Assembly (NCBI GenBank): GCA_963841015.1
Contig: CAWJAX010000003.1
Coordinates: forward strand, 1-64,000
Reading direction: 5' to 3'
Length of the DNA: 64,000 bases
Origin: an uncultured Methanoregulaceae archaeon
Lineage (GTDB): Archaea; Halobacteriota; Methanomicrobia; Methanomicrobiales; Methanospirillaceae
Shown: positions 9,642-19,004 of the stretch, one piece after another
Position numbering within the stretch: the first letter of the stretch is position 1
Layout of the letters: every line of letters starts with the position of its first letter
Notes under the pieces: model-generated
The model's database searches: none
The model's input: only the letters and a program-made list of their open reading frames with translations
What the model was told of the DNA's origin: nothing
Translations under genes and position numbers: made by a program

Positions 9642-11433
9642 TGTGCTCTGGCTCCTCTGGTCTTTTTTTCGGGATGTGAATGATGAATGTTGTCTCAAGA
9701 TTCATAATGCTGTCCACGCTGATGTACCCTTCGTGCATTTTGATATATTTTTTTGCAATCGCAAGCGAAAGCCCGATTCGCTCATATTTCTGTGTTTTCT
9801 CCCCGGAATCAGAAACCGGAAATGGATCAAAGATCTCATCAAGCCGTGAGTCCGAAATGCCGATGCCATTGTCCCTGATGGAAAGGCGATCCATGGTATC
9901 ATTGGGTGATGAGATATAGGAGATACGAATCTTCCGGGGAGGTTTTGAGTAATTCACCGCATTGGAGATCATGGTGTCTATCACTGTTGAAATCTTGTTC
10001 TTGTCGGCATCAAACGTGAGATAGTGGGGGATATCAATGGTGATGTCCGCATTACTACGGTATCCCCCGGTATCGATGATCGTGGTAATCAGGTCAACAA
10101 CAGGAAATATCGAGTACTCCAGGGGGATCTTCCCTGCATCGATGACGGAAAGTTCGAGCATCTGGTTGATGATCTGGCGCTCACGGTCAACGCTTTTTGC
10201 GCACCGGTCAAGAATGATCTTGGTCTCTTCCGTGACCCCGTATTTATCAGGATCCTGGGTCAGCAGGTTGATATATCCCATGATCGGCTGGAGGGGTGTG
10301 CGCAGCTCATAGGCAAAGGTGCTGATAATGCCACGCTGTCGTTTGGAATCCTGCTGAATCTGATTCTTTAATCCCTCCTGTCCAGGAATATCAACGAGGT
10401 TAATGAGTACGGCAGGTATCTCACCCTGCAGTATCCGGGTAAAAAACAGGATGGCAGGACGTATCTTGCCGGATTTTATCCGGATACCGACCTCTAACCT
10501 GCCGGGAGGCGGAGACCGGGTTTCTGCAAGATGACAGGAATTCCGGAACTCCTCATGGTCGTCCGGGTGAATGAGCGAGATGGGGTCTTTCCCCATCAGG
10601 TCTTTACGCGAATAGTTGGAAAATACCTCAAATGACGGATTGGTGTATACAATCATCTGGTTCCGGATAATGAGGATACAGGTCGGGAAATTATCAGCAA
10701 CCTGTTTGTACTGGGCATCAATTTCATCAGCTGCCTGCTTGGCAAGTTTGTATTTATTGATATCAATGACCGTGCAACTCACCAGGTTTTCGGTGATCCG
10801 GCTGCTGGAAAGGTTTACCCAGATGGGCCCTTTATCCCTGGTCAAAAAAATGGTCTCGGTATTCCGGGTCTCCTCTCCGGATTTTAAGGATTCAAAGAAT
10901 TTCTGCTGGTCTTCAGTGGAAGAGAAGAGCTGGGGAAATGTCAAGCCGGCAAGTTCTTCTCCGGTGAATCCCAGCATATGTTCAAGGTGGGCGTTTGTCA
11001 GGTGAATTGCCAGCGTATTCTGGTCAAAAAGAATGATGCCTGATTGTGCTTTTTCAACAATGCTCCGACTGCGTGCTTCACTGGAATTCAGTTTTTCACT
11101 TACAAAGGCAACCAGGGCAGCAACGCAGATGAACAGGATCGCTTGTCCGGTAACATAGATTAACGAGCCGGTATCGGGAAACAGATAAAGGTACGCAAAG
11201 CCTTCATAGAAAACGGCACAGGCGCCCGCCAGCCACAATCCACGTCGTGGATAAAAATACGTTGCATAAACGATGGGGAAATAGAAGAGCTGGGCATATA
11301 ATGTTTCAAGAGACTTGGAAAGAGATACCGCGGTAATAAGGATGCATACAAGAGTGAGGGATGCAATAATAATACAACGTGTCAGATCCGTGTGTGAAAC
11401 CGAATGTCCAAAAATCCTGATGTACGGTTTCAT
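9631..11433 (-). CDS. Membrane PAS-PAS histidine kinase-like protein (H-box His replaced by Tyr)
   Basis: 4 TM helices, two PAS domains, HisKA AYELRTPL, N box SNAVNY, G1 DNGIGI. Confidence 0.9.
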   Translation of the reverse strand: MKPYIRIFGHSVSHTDLTRCIIIASLTLVCILITAVSLSKSLETLYAQLFYFPIVYATYFYPRRGLWLAGACAVFYEGFAYLYLFPDTGSLIYVTGQAILFICVAALVAFVSEKLNSSEARSRSIVEKAQSGIILFDQNTLAIHLTNAHLEHMLGFTGEELAGLTFPQLFSSTEDQQKFFESLKSGEETRNTETIFLTRDKGPIWVNLSSSRITENLVSCTVIDINKYKLAKQAADEIDAQYKQVADNFPTCILIIRNQMIVYTNPSFEVFSNYSRKDLMGKDPISLIHPDDHEEFRNSCHLAETRSPPPGRLEVGIRIKSGKIRPAILFFTRILQGEIPAVLINLVDIPGQEGLKNQIQQDSKRQRGIISTFAYELRTPLQPIMGYINLLTQDPDKYGVTEETKIILDRCAKSVDRERQIINQMLELSVIDAGKIPLEYSIFPVVDLITTIIDTGGYRSNADITIDIPHYLTFDADKNKISTVIDTMISNAVNYSKPPRKIRISYISSPNDTMDRLSIRDNGIGISDSRLDEIFDPFPVSDSGEKTQKYERIGLSLAIAKKYIKMHEGYISVDSIMNLETTFIIHIPKKRPEEPEHNVT

Positions 11434-11483
11434 GCCTACACTTTATGTTCATTTTCAGAATTTATAAATATACTATTTTTTTT

Positions 11484-11685
11484 GGCTCTGGAGATCTGTT
11501 TCATGACAAGCTCAACGATTACGGGAGTATCATCACTGCCACGGGTCCTCTCCCGAATGCGATAACTCCTCAAAAAGTAATCATCGTTCCAAAAGCAGGA
11601 GTGAGATGGGGGACGAAGAGTGTCGCTTCCTCGGTCATGCCAGTGCTTTTTATTTCCTGCCCTTGTAAAGGATTTCTCCAGAGCC
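11484..11685 (+). mobile_element. MITE-like element, module A, 202 bp
   Basis: Perfect 11-bp TIR GGCTCTGGAGA/TCTCCAGAGCC; flanks TTTTTTTT and TGTTTTTT (7/8, low complexity). Confidence 0.8.
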
Positions 11686-11761
11686 TGTTTTTTATACCGA
11701 TTGAGTGCTAAAAAAGCTATCATGGAAGTAAGACGAAAAGTGAAAAAAATGTTTTCATGAA

Positions 11762-13102
11762 TTAAAAACACAGCGGTGTAAGTTTCTCTATGACCCGCTC
11801 CACCTGCTGGACAGATGTCCCGATATAGGAATCCGGATTGAGGAGTGCAGCAATATCGGTCCGGGAACAGTAACGCAGCACTTCCGGATCTGCTCCCAGT
11901 ACCTCAGCAAGCGCCCGCTCTTCAACAAGGGCCTGCATACTTGCCATACGGATCCGCTCATGGGCATCCTGGCGGTTCATACCCCGCCGGGTGAGGTCGA
12001 TCATGACGGACTCGGCCATATTGATGCCATGGAGGAAAGCGAGATTACGGCGGATTGCTGCACGGTTGATGACGAGTCCTTCAAGTACGGTTGTCATGAG
12101 CCGGATACAGTGATCCGTGAGGATCGAAGCCTCAGGGAACAGCACCCGCTCGCAGGATGAGTTGGTCAGGTCACGCTCGTCCCAGAGTGTGTTGTTCTGG
12201 AGTGCCGGCTCGACCGCGGACCGCACGATGCGGGCAAGGCCACAGACCTGTTCTGACCTGATGGGATTGCGTTTATGCGGCATGGTGGAGGAGCCTACCT
12301 GATTTGCACCGAATGCTTCTTCCACCTCGCCAATCTCAGTCCGCTGAAGTGAGCGGATCTCAATGCCGATCTTGTCGAGCGTGGTTGCCACATTTGCACA
12401 GAACATGAAATATTCCGCATACCGGTCGCGGGAAATTACCTGATTGGATACGTCCACCGAGCCAATGCCAAGCACCTCCATCATCGTTGCCTGTATCTCC
12501 ATTGCCTTCGGACCGAGTGCCGCCTGGGTGCCCACAGCCCCGGTCATCTGCCCGACAACGACACGCGGACGGAGCTGTTCAAGGCGTTCGATGTGCCGCC
12601 CGATTTCACTTGCCCAGATGGCAAACCGCAGACCATACGTGGTCGGCACCCCGTGCTGCCCGTGGGTCCTGCCGATACAGACCAGCGATTTGGTTTCTTC
12701 TGATCTTTTTATGAGTACCTCAAGCAGGAGACGCAGCTTCTTATCGATGAGCGTGAGCGCCTGCTGGAGCTGCAGCCCGGTTGCGGTATCAAGGATATCG
12801 TTGCTCGTTGCGCCATAGTGGACCCATCGCCCGGAATCACCGCAGACCTCAGAGATCGCTTTTACCATAGCCATCATGTCATGGCTGATCTCGCGTTCGA
12901 TTATTTTTGCCCGCTCCAGCGATGCCTTCGGTGCAAACTGGCCTATTTCAGCTGCTGCACCTGCGGGAATCATGCCGTGCGCTGCTTCGGCTTTTGCCAG
13001 CGCAACTTCTACGGCAACAACACAGGAGAACCGGGTCTTCTCACTCCATACAGCACGCATCTCGGGCGTGCCGTACCGCTCCTCGATGGGGTGGACTGCC
13101 AT
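11762..13102 (-). CDS. purB: Adenylosuccinate lyase
   Basis: HYGATSNDI, GRTHGQH and the GSSTMPHKRNP signature. Confidence 0.97.
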   Translation of the reverse strand: MAVHPIEERYGTPEMRAVWSEKTRFSCVVAVEVALAKAEAAHGMIPAGAAAEIGQFAPKASLERAKIIEREISHDMMAMVKAISEVCGDSGRWVHYGATSNDILDTATGLQLQQALTLIDKKLRLLLEVLIKRSEETKSLVCIGRTHGQHGVPTTYGLRFAIWASEIGRHIERLEQLRPRVVVGQMTGAVGTQAALGPKAMEIQATMMEVLGIGSVDVSNQVISRDRYAEYFMFCANVATTLDKIGIEIRSLQRTEIGEVEEAFGANQVGSSTMPHKRNPIRSEQVCGLARIVRSAVEPALQNNTLWDERDLTNSSCERVLFPEASILTDHCIRLMTTVLEGLVINRAAIRRNLAFLHGINMAESVMIDLTRRGMNRQDAHERIRMASMQALVEERALAEVLGADPEVLRYCSRTDIAALLNPDSYIGTSVQQVERVIEKLTPLCF

Positions 13103-13198
13103 GAGAACTGATCTGTTGTTTATGGATATAGTGTTTCATGATCCGGTTTGAGAATCCTGCCGGCAGCAGTTCGTACTGATTTTTTTAAAGGAAGTTTC

Positions 13199-13634
13199 TG
13201 CTCTGTTGAAACGAGCATGAACTGATCGGGTTCACCCACAAACCATGAAAATCGTATTGTATACGATGGAACCTCGCCTCATGGCCTCACCGAGGCACGG
13301 CGGCCGGGGTTTTTTTTGAATTGTTTGTTCCAGATCCGCCGCGGGGTCGACCGTGTGCGGGGCGGCGGCTATCATCGTACATGGAGAAGTATGAAAAAAT
13401 CTCGTATCATACCTGAATAGTTCAATTTTCATGGGAAATGCTCAATTACAGCTAAACGCTCATGGGGGTTTTACCCCCGCCGCTGTGGCTGTCCTGATGC
13501 GATAACTCCCGAACAGGTGCTCCGTCATCATCTCTCAGCGCAGGGGCGGCATGGGGGGACAGGCTCATGTCCCCTCCTTCATTCGTACCAGCATCCTGAA
13601 TTTCATAGCAAGGGAAAAAGAATTCTCCAGAGCC
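13199..13634 (+). mobile_element. Composite MITE-like element (inverted module B + module A), 436 bp
   Basis: Ends TGCTCTG... and ...CTCCAGAGCC; perfect 8-bp direct repeat GAAGTTTC at 13191-13198 and 13635-13642. Confidence 0.88.
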
Positions 13635-14019
13635 GAAGTTTCAAAATACTATCTATTCTGGAGGAAAATCCTCTTTCAATAAATCCCTGTCATACATTAA
13701 CAGGACTTTACTCAAATCTTTGAAGAATTTTAATCTGATTTTTGCGCTTGATAGCTTTAATCCTGGTGCAGAATAGATTCCTTTTTGCTGCTGATTTACA
13801 AATTCCATAGTGTCTGTAGAGGAATTGCTGATTTAAAGCATACTGATGCTGTAAATTACAACTTCAGAATATTTTGAACACAAGAAAAACTTCAAAAATT
13901 CAGTACTATGTATCAGAAATGTAAAAAAAGAAATCCTGATACGATTCAACTTTGCGGTATGTGTCGGGTTAATGCTTTTTAGAATGGGATTAATAGAGCA
14001 TAGCACGGTGAAAAGTATC

Positions 14020-14163
14020 ATGGCAAAAAAGTCCAAACCATCAGGTAAAGGAGAATCAAAAGCAACAGGAGAAGAAGAGACTATTGCACCAGGAAAAGAA
14101 TTAACTATACCTATAAGCGAAGATGGTGGAATAATTGATTTTTACTTTTTTTTAACGGGTTAG
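14020..14163 (+). CDS. Small hypothetical protein
   Basis: MAKKSKPSGK... short ORF with GGTGA upstream; AT-rich context. Confidence 0.35.
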   Translation: MAKKSKPSGKGESKATGEEETIAPGKELTIPISEDGGIIDFYFFLTG

Positions 14164-14476
14164 GAGTCCTGACCGGATCTTTTTTATCACTATCGGCCTT
14201 CTCCGTTATGTGTTCCATATTTTATAATTTTCACCGATGCATGACAGGGGTATTCCAACCACCCTCCATTCTCTCCTTTCAGACGCGAATATCCGGCTGT
14301 AAAAAAGTGAAAGACCCAATCAAAGGTGATATGGTGTATCCGTCTGGATCTTCTTTCCATTACCTTTTCTGATGAAACAATAGGTCTGGCAAGGCGTCGA
14401 TGCATTGCCAGATTTAATATCTGGATAATAATAATTCTCATTGCTCTGTGAGGGTTTACACTTCCCGGGGGAAAAA

Positions 14477-14788
14477 ATGACACGAAAAGAACAACAAATT
14501 GAACACGTGAAAAACAGAATTGCTGAATCGAAAAGAGCACTTGGAGTTTCAAGGCAGGCTGGTCCTCTGGCGGTTATCGTGCTGGGTATGGGGTTACTTC
14601 TCCTTCCCGCTATAGGTTTTGGTGTTGGATTTTTTGGCATTGGCGTCATCATAGTTTTGTTGGGGATTTTATGGGCATATTCCAAATCAAGAGATTCAAC
14701 CCAACTCAGGAAAGAAATCTACCAATATGAGTGGGAGCTTTATACTATTGAGAGAGACCTTGAGCAAGGGAATAAGAATATAACGTAG
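14477..14788 (+). CDS. Small two-TM membrane protein
   Basis: Hydrophobic hairpin flanked by charged helices; start chosen at MTRKEQQ. Confidence 0.6.
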   Translation: MTRKEQQIEHVKNRIAESKRALGVSRQAGPLAVIVLGMGLLLLPAIGFGVGFFGIGVIIVLLGILWAYSKSRDSTQLRKEIYQYEWELYTIERDLEQGNKNIT

Positions 14789-15058
14789 GGTTCATTTTCC
14801 TCAAGGTCCGATATCTTTTTTTTAAAAAACCTATGCTGGTAATCGGGGTGTATATGGTTAAGGGGAAGACAAAAAACGAAGGGATTTGGGTGTAAATTTA
14901 TCGGGGAACTCAATAGACGATTACCTGTTTATAAATAAATAATACGAACAGCAAGGCATCGGTGCAATGCATGTATTTATCAGTTCCGATTTTTAATACC
15001 CAACGAGTCTGAAAAAAAAATATCCCGTTCCTATCAGGTTATCACCAGAGGCAGGACC

Positions 15059-15550
15059 ATGACGAAACAATTACATTCGATATTTGATAACAAAAAGAAG
15101 TTCTTTCTGATATCAGAAGATGAATTAAAAACGTTCCGCCATTATGTTTTTGACGGACTCAGTGTATTTGATCATCTGGATGCACAAAATTTATTTGATG
15201 ATGTTGGTTCCCGTCAGGCACAACATGATGTGCGCTCATGGCAGCTTGTCTGTAAGTACTGTCCGCTGAATCTCAGATGTGATGTTCTTATTGAAGATAC
15301 GTCGAAATGTGCAATTTTCAATAAATTAACCGTACGGAATTATACATTACATGCAATGGAGGAAATACAATTTCAAAGGCAGAGACTGCATGAAATATTT
15401 GATGGAATAAAAAATGGAGAAACCTGCGATAATAACTGTGAACTCTGTATTCTCTGTGACAATGCCGGGGATTGCGTTGCTGAAAAAGCAATGCGACTGC
15501 TTCGTGAATCAAGGACAGAAGATCCAGGTAGCACGGTCTGTGTAGCATAA
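15059..15550 (+). CDS. Cys-rich hypothetical protein
   Basis: 163 aa with CKYC-x5-C and C-x3-C-x2-C-x2-C-x5-C clusters; GAGG upstream. Confidence 0.7.
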   Translation: MTKQLHSIFDNKKKFFLISEDELKTFRHYVFDGLSVFDHLDAQNLFDDVGSRQAQHDVRSWQLVCKYCPLNLRCDVLIEDTSKCAIFNKLTVRNYTLHAMEEIQFQRQRLHEIFDGIKNGETCDNNCELCILCDNAGDCVAEKAMRLLRESRTEDPGSTVCVA

Positions 15551-15574
15551 GCAGGGAAATAATCCTGCTGTTTT

Positions 15575-16225
15575 TTATCCTTTTTTTAAAGATAAGAAAT
15601 ACCGGCAATAATGGTTGATGGCGCAGATCCCGCACTTTGGTTTTCTGGCATCGCAGATCGTCCTGCCGTGAGCTATCAGGACATCCGTGAGATCGCCCCA
15701 TTGCTCCTGCGGGAATGCTGCCATCAGGTCCCGCTCGATTACACTGACATTATCTGTATCGGAAAAACCGATCCTCCGGGCAAGCCTCCGGACATGCGTA
15801 TCCACCGCAATCCCCTCATTTCTGCCGTGTGCATGGTAGAGGACAATGTTTGCGGTTTTCCTCCCGACCCCGGGGATCTTCAGGAGATCATCCATGGACT
15901 CCGGTACCCTCCCGCCAAAATCTGACAACAGTGCCTGTGAAGCGGCAATGATGTGCTTTGCCTTTGCATGAAAATAGCCAAGGCTGTGAATAATTGTTTC
16001 CACCTCTTCAGGTTTTGCCTGTGCGAGAACTGAAGGTGTCGGGTATTTTGAAAAGAGCGGTTTTTTTACCTGAAGTACCGCACGATCGGTTGTCTGTGCT
16101 GAAAGGATGGTGAGGATAAGCACCTCAAAAGCAGACCCTTTCGAGAGCATGGCGGGGGAATCGCGGGCATCGGGATACTCTTTACAAAGAAGCGAATAGA
16201 TTCTGGCAGCGTCCTGTCTTTTCAT
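15575..16225 (-). CDS. nth: Endonuclease III
   Basis: LSAQTTD, HhH IPGVGRKTAN, AVDTHV, Fe-S motif C-x6-C-x2-C-x5-C. Confidence 0.96.
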   Translation of the reverse strand: MKRQDAARIYSLLCKEYPDARDSPAMLSKGSAFEVLILTILSAQTTDRAVLQVKKPLFSKYPTPSVLAQAKPEEVETIIHSLGYFHAKAKHIIAASQALLSDFGGRVPESMDDLLKIPGVGRKTANIVLYHAHGRNEGIAVDTHVRRLARRIGFSDTDNVSVIERDLMAAFPQEQWGDLTDVLIAHGRTICDARKPKCGICAINHYCRYFLSLKKG

Positions 16226-16266
16226 AAAAAAACATCCGGAAGATTACCGTAACAGTCCAATCCTTA

Positions 16267-16341
16267 TGGGGTAGGGCGGATTCGAACCGCCGTCAAAGCG
16301 TCCCAAACGCTCTAGGATGGACCAGGCTACCCTACTACCCC
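16267..16341 (-). tRNA. tRNA-Pro(TGG)
   Basis: Cloverleaf GGGGTAG...CTACCCC-A, anticodon arm GAGCG-TT TGG GA-CGCTT, GGTTCGAATCC T-arm. Confidence 0.96.
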
Positions 16342-16406
16342 GTGCCATCATACCTGTGTCGGGAACATAAAAATACGTAATGGTTCCCGGGTTCCCCAAC
16401 GAAATG

Positions 16407-17111
16407 TCAGAGGGGAAGAATTTTTCTTTTTCTCTCGCTTACGACCGTTCCGGTGTATTCTCCGGTCAGAATCGCGCGGGAAAGGTTATCAGGGTCACGA
16501 CCATCGAGCACCAGAAGGGGTATGTGGCTACGTTCAACTACCCGGGCGGCGACGATGTCAAGGACAATATTTGAACCAGCCCCAAGTCCTGCCTTTCCGA
16601 CGATTTCCAGCAGCTGCTTTGGCGTGAGGGCATCAAACCGTCGTGCTTTTTTGTCCTTTTTCGGATCTGCAGAATATATACCATCGACAGAAGTTACATT
16701 GATGAATACCGATGCCCCCACGCGTTCAGCAAGAACTGCCGCAACCGCATCAGTTGTCTGGCCGGGGGTAATTCCGCCCATAACAATGATCTTTTTGGAT
16801 TCGGCAAACTTCTTTGCCTCGGCATGGCTCTCTGCCACTTTCGGGTACGCCTGGTCACCCAGCGCAGCAATGAGCAGATTTGCGTTCAGCCGGGTGATTA
16901 ATATGCCAATCTCATCCGATGTCCCCTCATCAATACCGAGATTCCGGGCAACCGTGATGTAGCGACGCGCTTCGCCGCCACCGCCAACAACAACAAACAG
17001 ACGGTGGTGCGCTGCAATCTCTTCAAGCACCGGAACATATTCTTTTATTTTGTGCTTCTCGAGTGCGGGGATAAGGATTGAACCCCCAAGAGAGATAACA
17101 ACGGTCTTCAT
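16407..17111 (-). CDS. pyrH: UMP kinase
   Basis: VISLGGS, VVGGGGEAR and PGQTTDAVAA archaeal PyrH motifs. Confidence 0.96.
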   Translation of the reverse strand: MKTVVISLGGSILIPALEKHKIKEYVPVLEEIAAHHRLFVVVGGGGEARRYITVARNLGIDEGTSDEIGILITRLNANLLIAALGDQAYPKVAESHAEAKKFAESKKIIVMGGITPGQTTDAVAAVLAERVGASVFINVTSVDGIYSADPKKDKKARRFDALTPKQLLEIVGKAGLGAGSNIVLDIVAARVVERSHIPLLVLDGRDPDNLSRAILTGEYTGTVVSERKRKILPL

Positions 17112-17154
17112 TGCACTAGTTTTTGTGCCATATGCTCATATAGAGTTGTTGAAT

Positions 17155-17313
17155 ATGCTGTACTGTCCTGTCTGCAAAAGCCATGATATCTTCCCGGTTG
17201 CCGGTGGGTATATGGGCCAGGTGTATCTTTGCAAGAGCTGTAAATACCGGGGATCATTTGTCCTTGAAACTGATGAAGCGGATGAAACCTCACCTGGGGA
17301 AAAAGAACAATAA
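17155..17313 (+). CDS. Small zinc-finger protein (CPxC...CxxC)
   Basis: MLYCPVCKS...YLCKSCKYRG with an acidic tail; precedes the radical SAM gene. Confidence 0.75.
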   Translation: MLYCPVCKSHDIFPVAGGYMGQVYLCKSCKYRGSFVLETDEADETSPGEKEQ

Positions 17314-17350
17314 CACCTGCCCTGCAATACTTCGGCTGAGGGGATGACGC

Positions 17351-18364
17351 ATGCACGAAGCCCGACTGTACGAGAAGACTGAAAATAATGCAGTGAAATG
17401 CTCTCTCTGCAACCACCGCTGCGCTATTCATGAAGATGGTCACGGGATTTGTGGTGTCCGACTGAACGAACACGGCACCCTGTTTGCTGCAACCTATGGC
17501 AGGATAAGTTCCGAAGCCGTGGACCCTGTCGAGAAAAAACCCCTGTTCCACTATCTGCCCGGTTCGTTATCGTACTCGCTGGGTAGCATCGGCTGTAATT
17601 TCCATTGCCAGCACTGCCAGAACTGGCATATCTCGCGTGCAGCACTGGAAGGTGCACGTTTGCGGAACCTCTCTCCGGAAGAAGGGGTTGAACGGGCAAT
17701 CGCACGTAAAAGCGCGAGCATTTCATGGACGTATAATGAACCAACTATCTGGCACGAGTATGCGCTTGACATGGGAACAATCGCCCGCAGAAAAGGACTC
17801 GGTACCATTTATGTCACCAATGGTTACATCACCGAAGAAGGACTCCGCGAACTTGCACCCATGCTCAGCGCTTATCGTGTGGATATCAAGGCATTCACGG
17901 ATGATTTTTACAAAAAAGTATGCGGTGCCCGTCTTCAGCCGGTTCTTGATTCAGCCGCACTTGCACGGGAGCTCGGGATGCATGTCGAGACTGTTACCCT
18001 TGTTATTCCCGGACTTAATGACAGCAGGGAAGAGATGGAGAAACTGATCCGCTGGGTTATTGACCATCTTGGATCGGCAACCCCTATGCATTTCTCCGCG
18101 TTCCATCCGGATTACAAGATGACAGACCGTGGTGCCACTCCGCTTGCAACACTCGAAAAGATCTACACTCTGGCAAAGGAGCTCGGGCTCCGGTTCCCCT
18201 ATCTTGGCAATGTCTACAATCACCCGTATGAAAACACCTATTGCCCGGTATGTGGTGTGATGCTTATCGGGCGGCAGGGGTTTTCGAGCACAGTTCTGGA
18301 ACTTGACGGGCAGCAGTGCAGGAACTGTGGTGAAAAGATCGAGATTGTGGTCCATGTATCCTGA
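17351..18364 (+). CDS. amrS: AmmeMemoRadiSam-system radical SAM enzyme (PFL-activase-like)
   Basis: N-terminal CxxCxxxC, DPVEKKPLFH, GCNFHCQHCQNW, TYNEP, C-terminal CPxCG..CxxCG. Confidence 0.9.
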   Translation: MHEARLYEKTENNAVKCSLCNHRCAIHEDGHGICGVRLNEHGTLFAATYGRISSEAVDPVEKKPLFHYLPGSLSYSLGSIGCNFHCQHCQNWHISRAALEGARLRNLSPEEGVERAIARKSASISWTYNEPTIWHEYALDMGTIARRKGLGTIYVTNGYITEEGLRELAPMLSAYRVDIKAFTDDFYKKVCGARLQPVLDSAALARELGMHVETVTLVIPGLNDSREEMEKLIRWVIDHLGSATPMHFSAFHPDYKMTDRGATPLATLEKIYTLAKELGLRFPYLGNVYNHPYENTYCPVCGVMLIGRQGFSSTVLELDGQQCRNCGEKIEIVVHVS

Positions 18365-18845
18365 ACCCCGTGATGAGACACGGTTCATTACCGACCGTAT
18401 GCTGGGGACACTGAGCCGGTATTCTCCGGTTTATGGGCTACAATACTGTCAGTGCCAATGGATTTGTCGAGGGGAATGCAAAAGAGGATACCCTTCTTCT
18501 TCACCTTGCAGCACAGGAAAACCGCATCCTGCTCACGCGTGACACCGAGCTTGCACTGCGGGGAAAGGAGCGGGCCGTTTTAGTGAAATCCGATGAGGTG
18601 ATGGACCAGGTGCAGCAGCTTATCGATTGCGGATTGATAGTACGGCGGCTGATGATGACCCGCTGTTCTCTGTGTAACACTGAGTTGAGGGAAGCAACAT
18701 CCGTGAAATTACCCGGACAGAGTATGCTCCACGAAACAAGGACGGGTTTAGTTTTTTCTGGTGCAATCAGTGCAGCAAACTCTACTGGAATGGTTCGCAC
18801 GGGAAGCATATTTCAGAAAGGATTGAGCATAACCTGAAAGGATAA
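18354..18845 (+). CDS. Mut7-C (PIN-like) RNase domain protein, read across two compensating 1-nt indels
   Basis: FITDRMLGTLSRYLRFMGY, ILLTRD, RCSLCN, CNQCSKLYWNGSH; +1 at ~18423 and -1 at ~18703. Confidence 0.8.
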
Positions 18846-19004
18846 TAGTCCAAAAAATCAGCCGAATTCCGTTTTTATGATTTGAGATAACAACCTCAGA
18901 ACCCTGAAGCATGTGGTGTGCCTGAAACATTTCTCCACCGCCGATTGTCATTGCGATAGAACACCGAGGCTGAGGGATACTGCTCAAACGCCGGAAAGAC
19001 GTCA

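Noticed and set aside
13517-13723. Similar short ORFs at 13517-13723 and 28872-29144 (SAQGRHGGTGSC...) as a peptide family
   Set aside because: They are translations of module A. Starts and frames are not conserved in the other copies.
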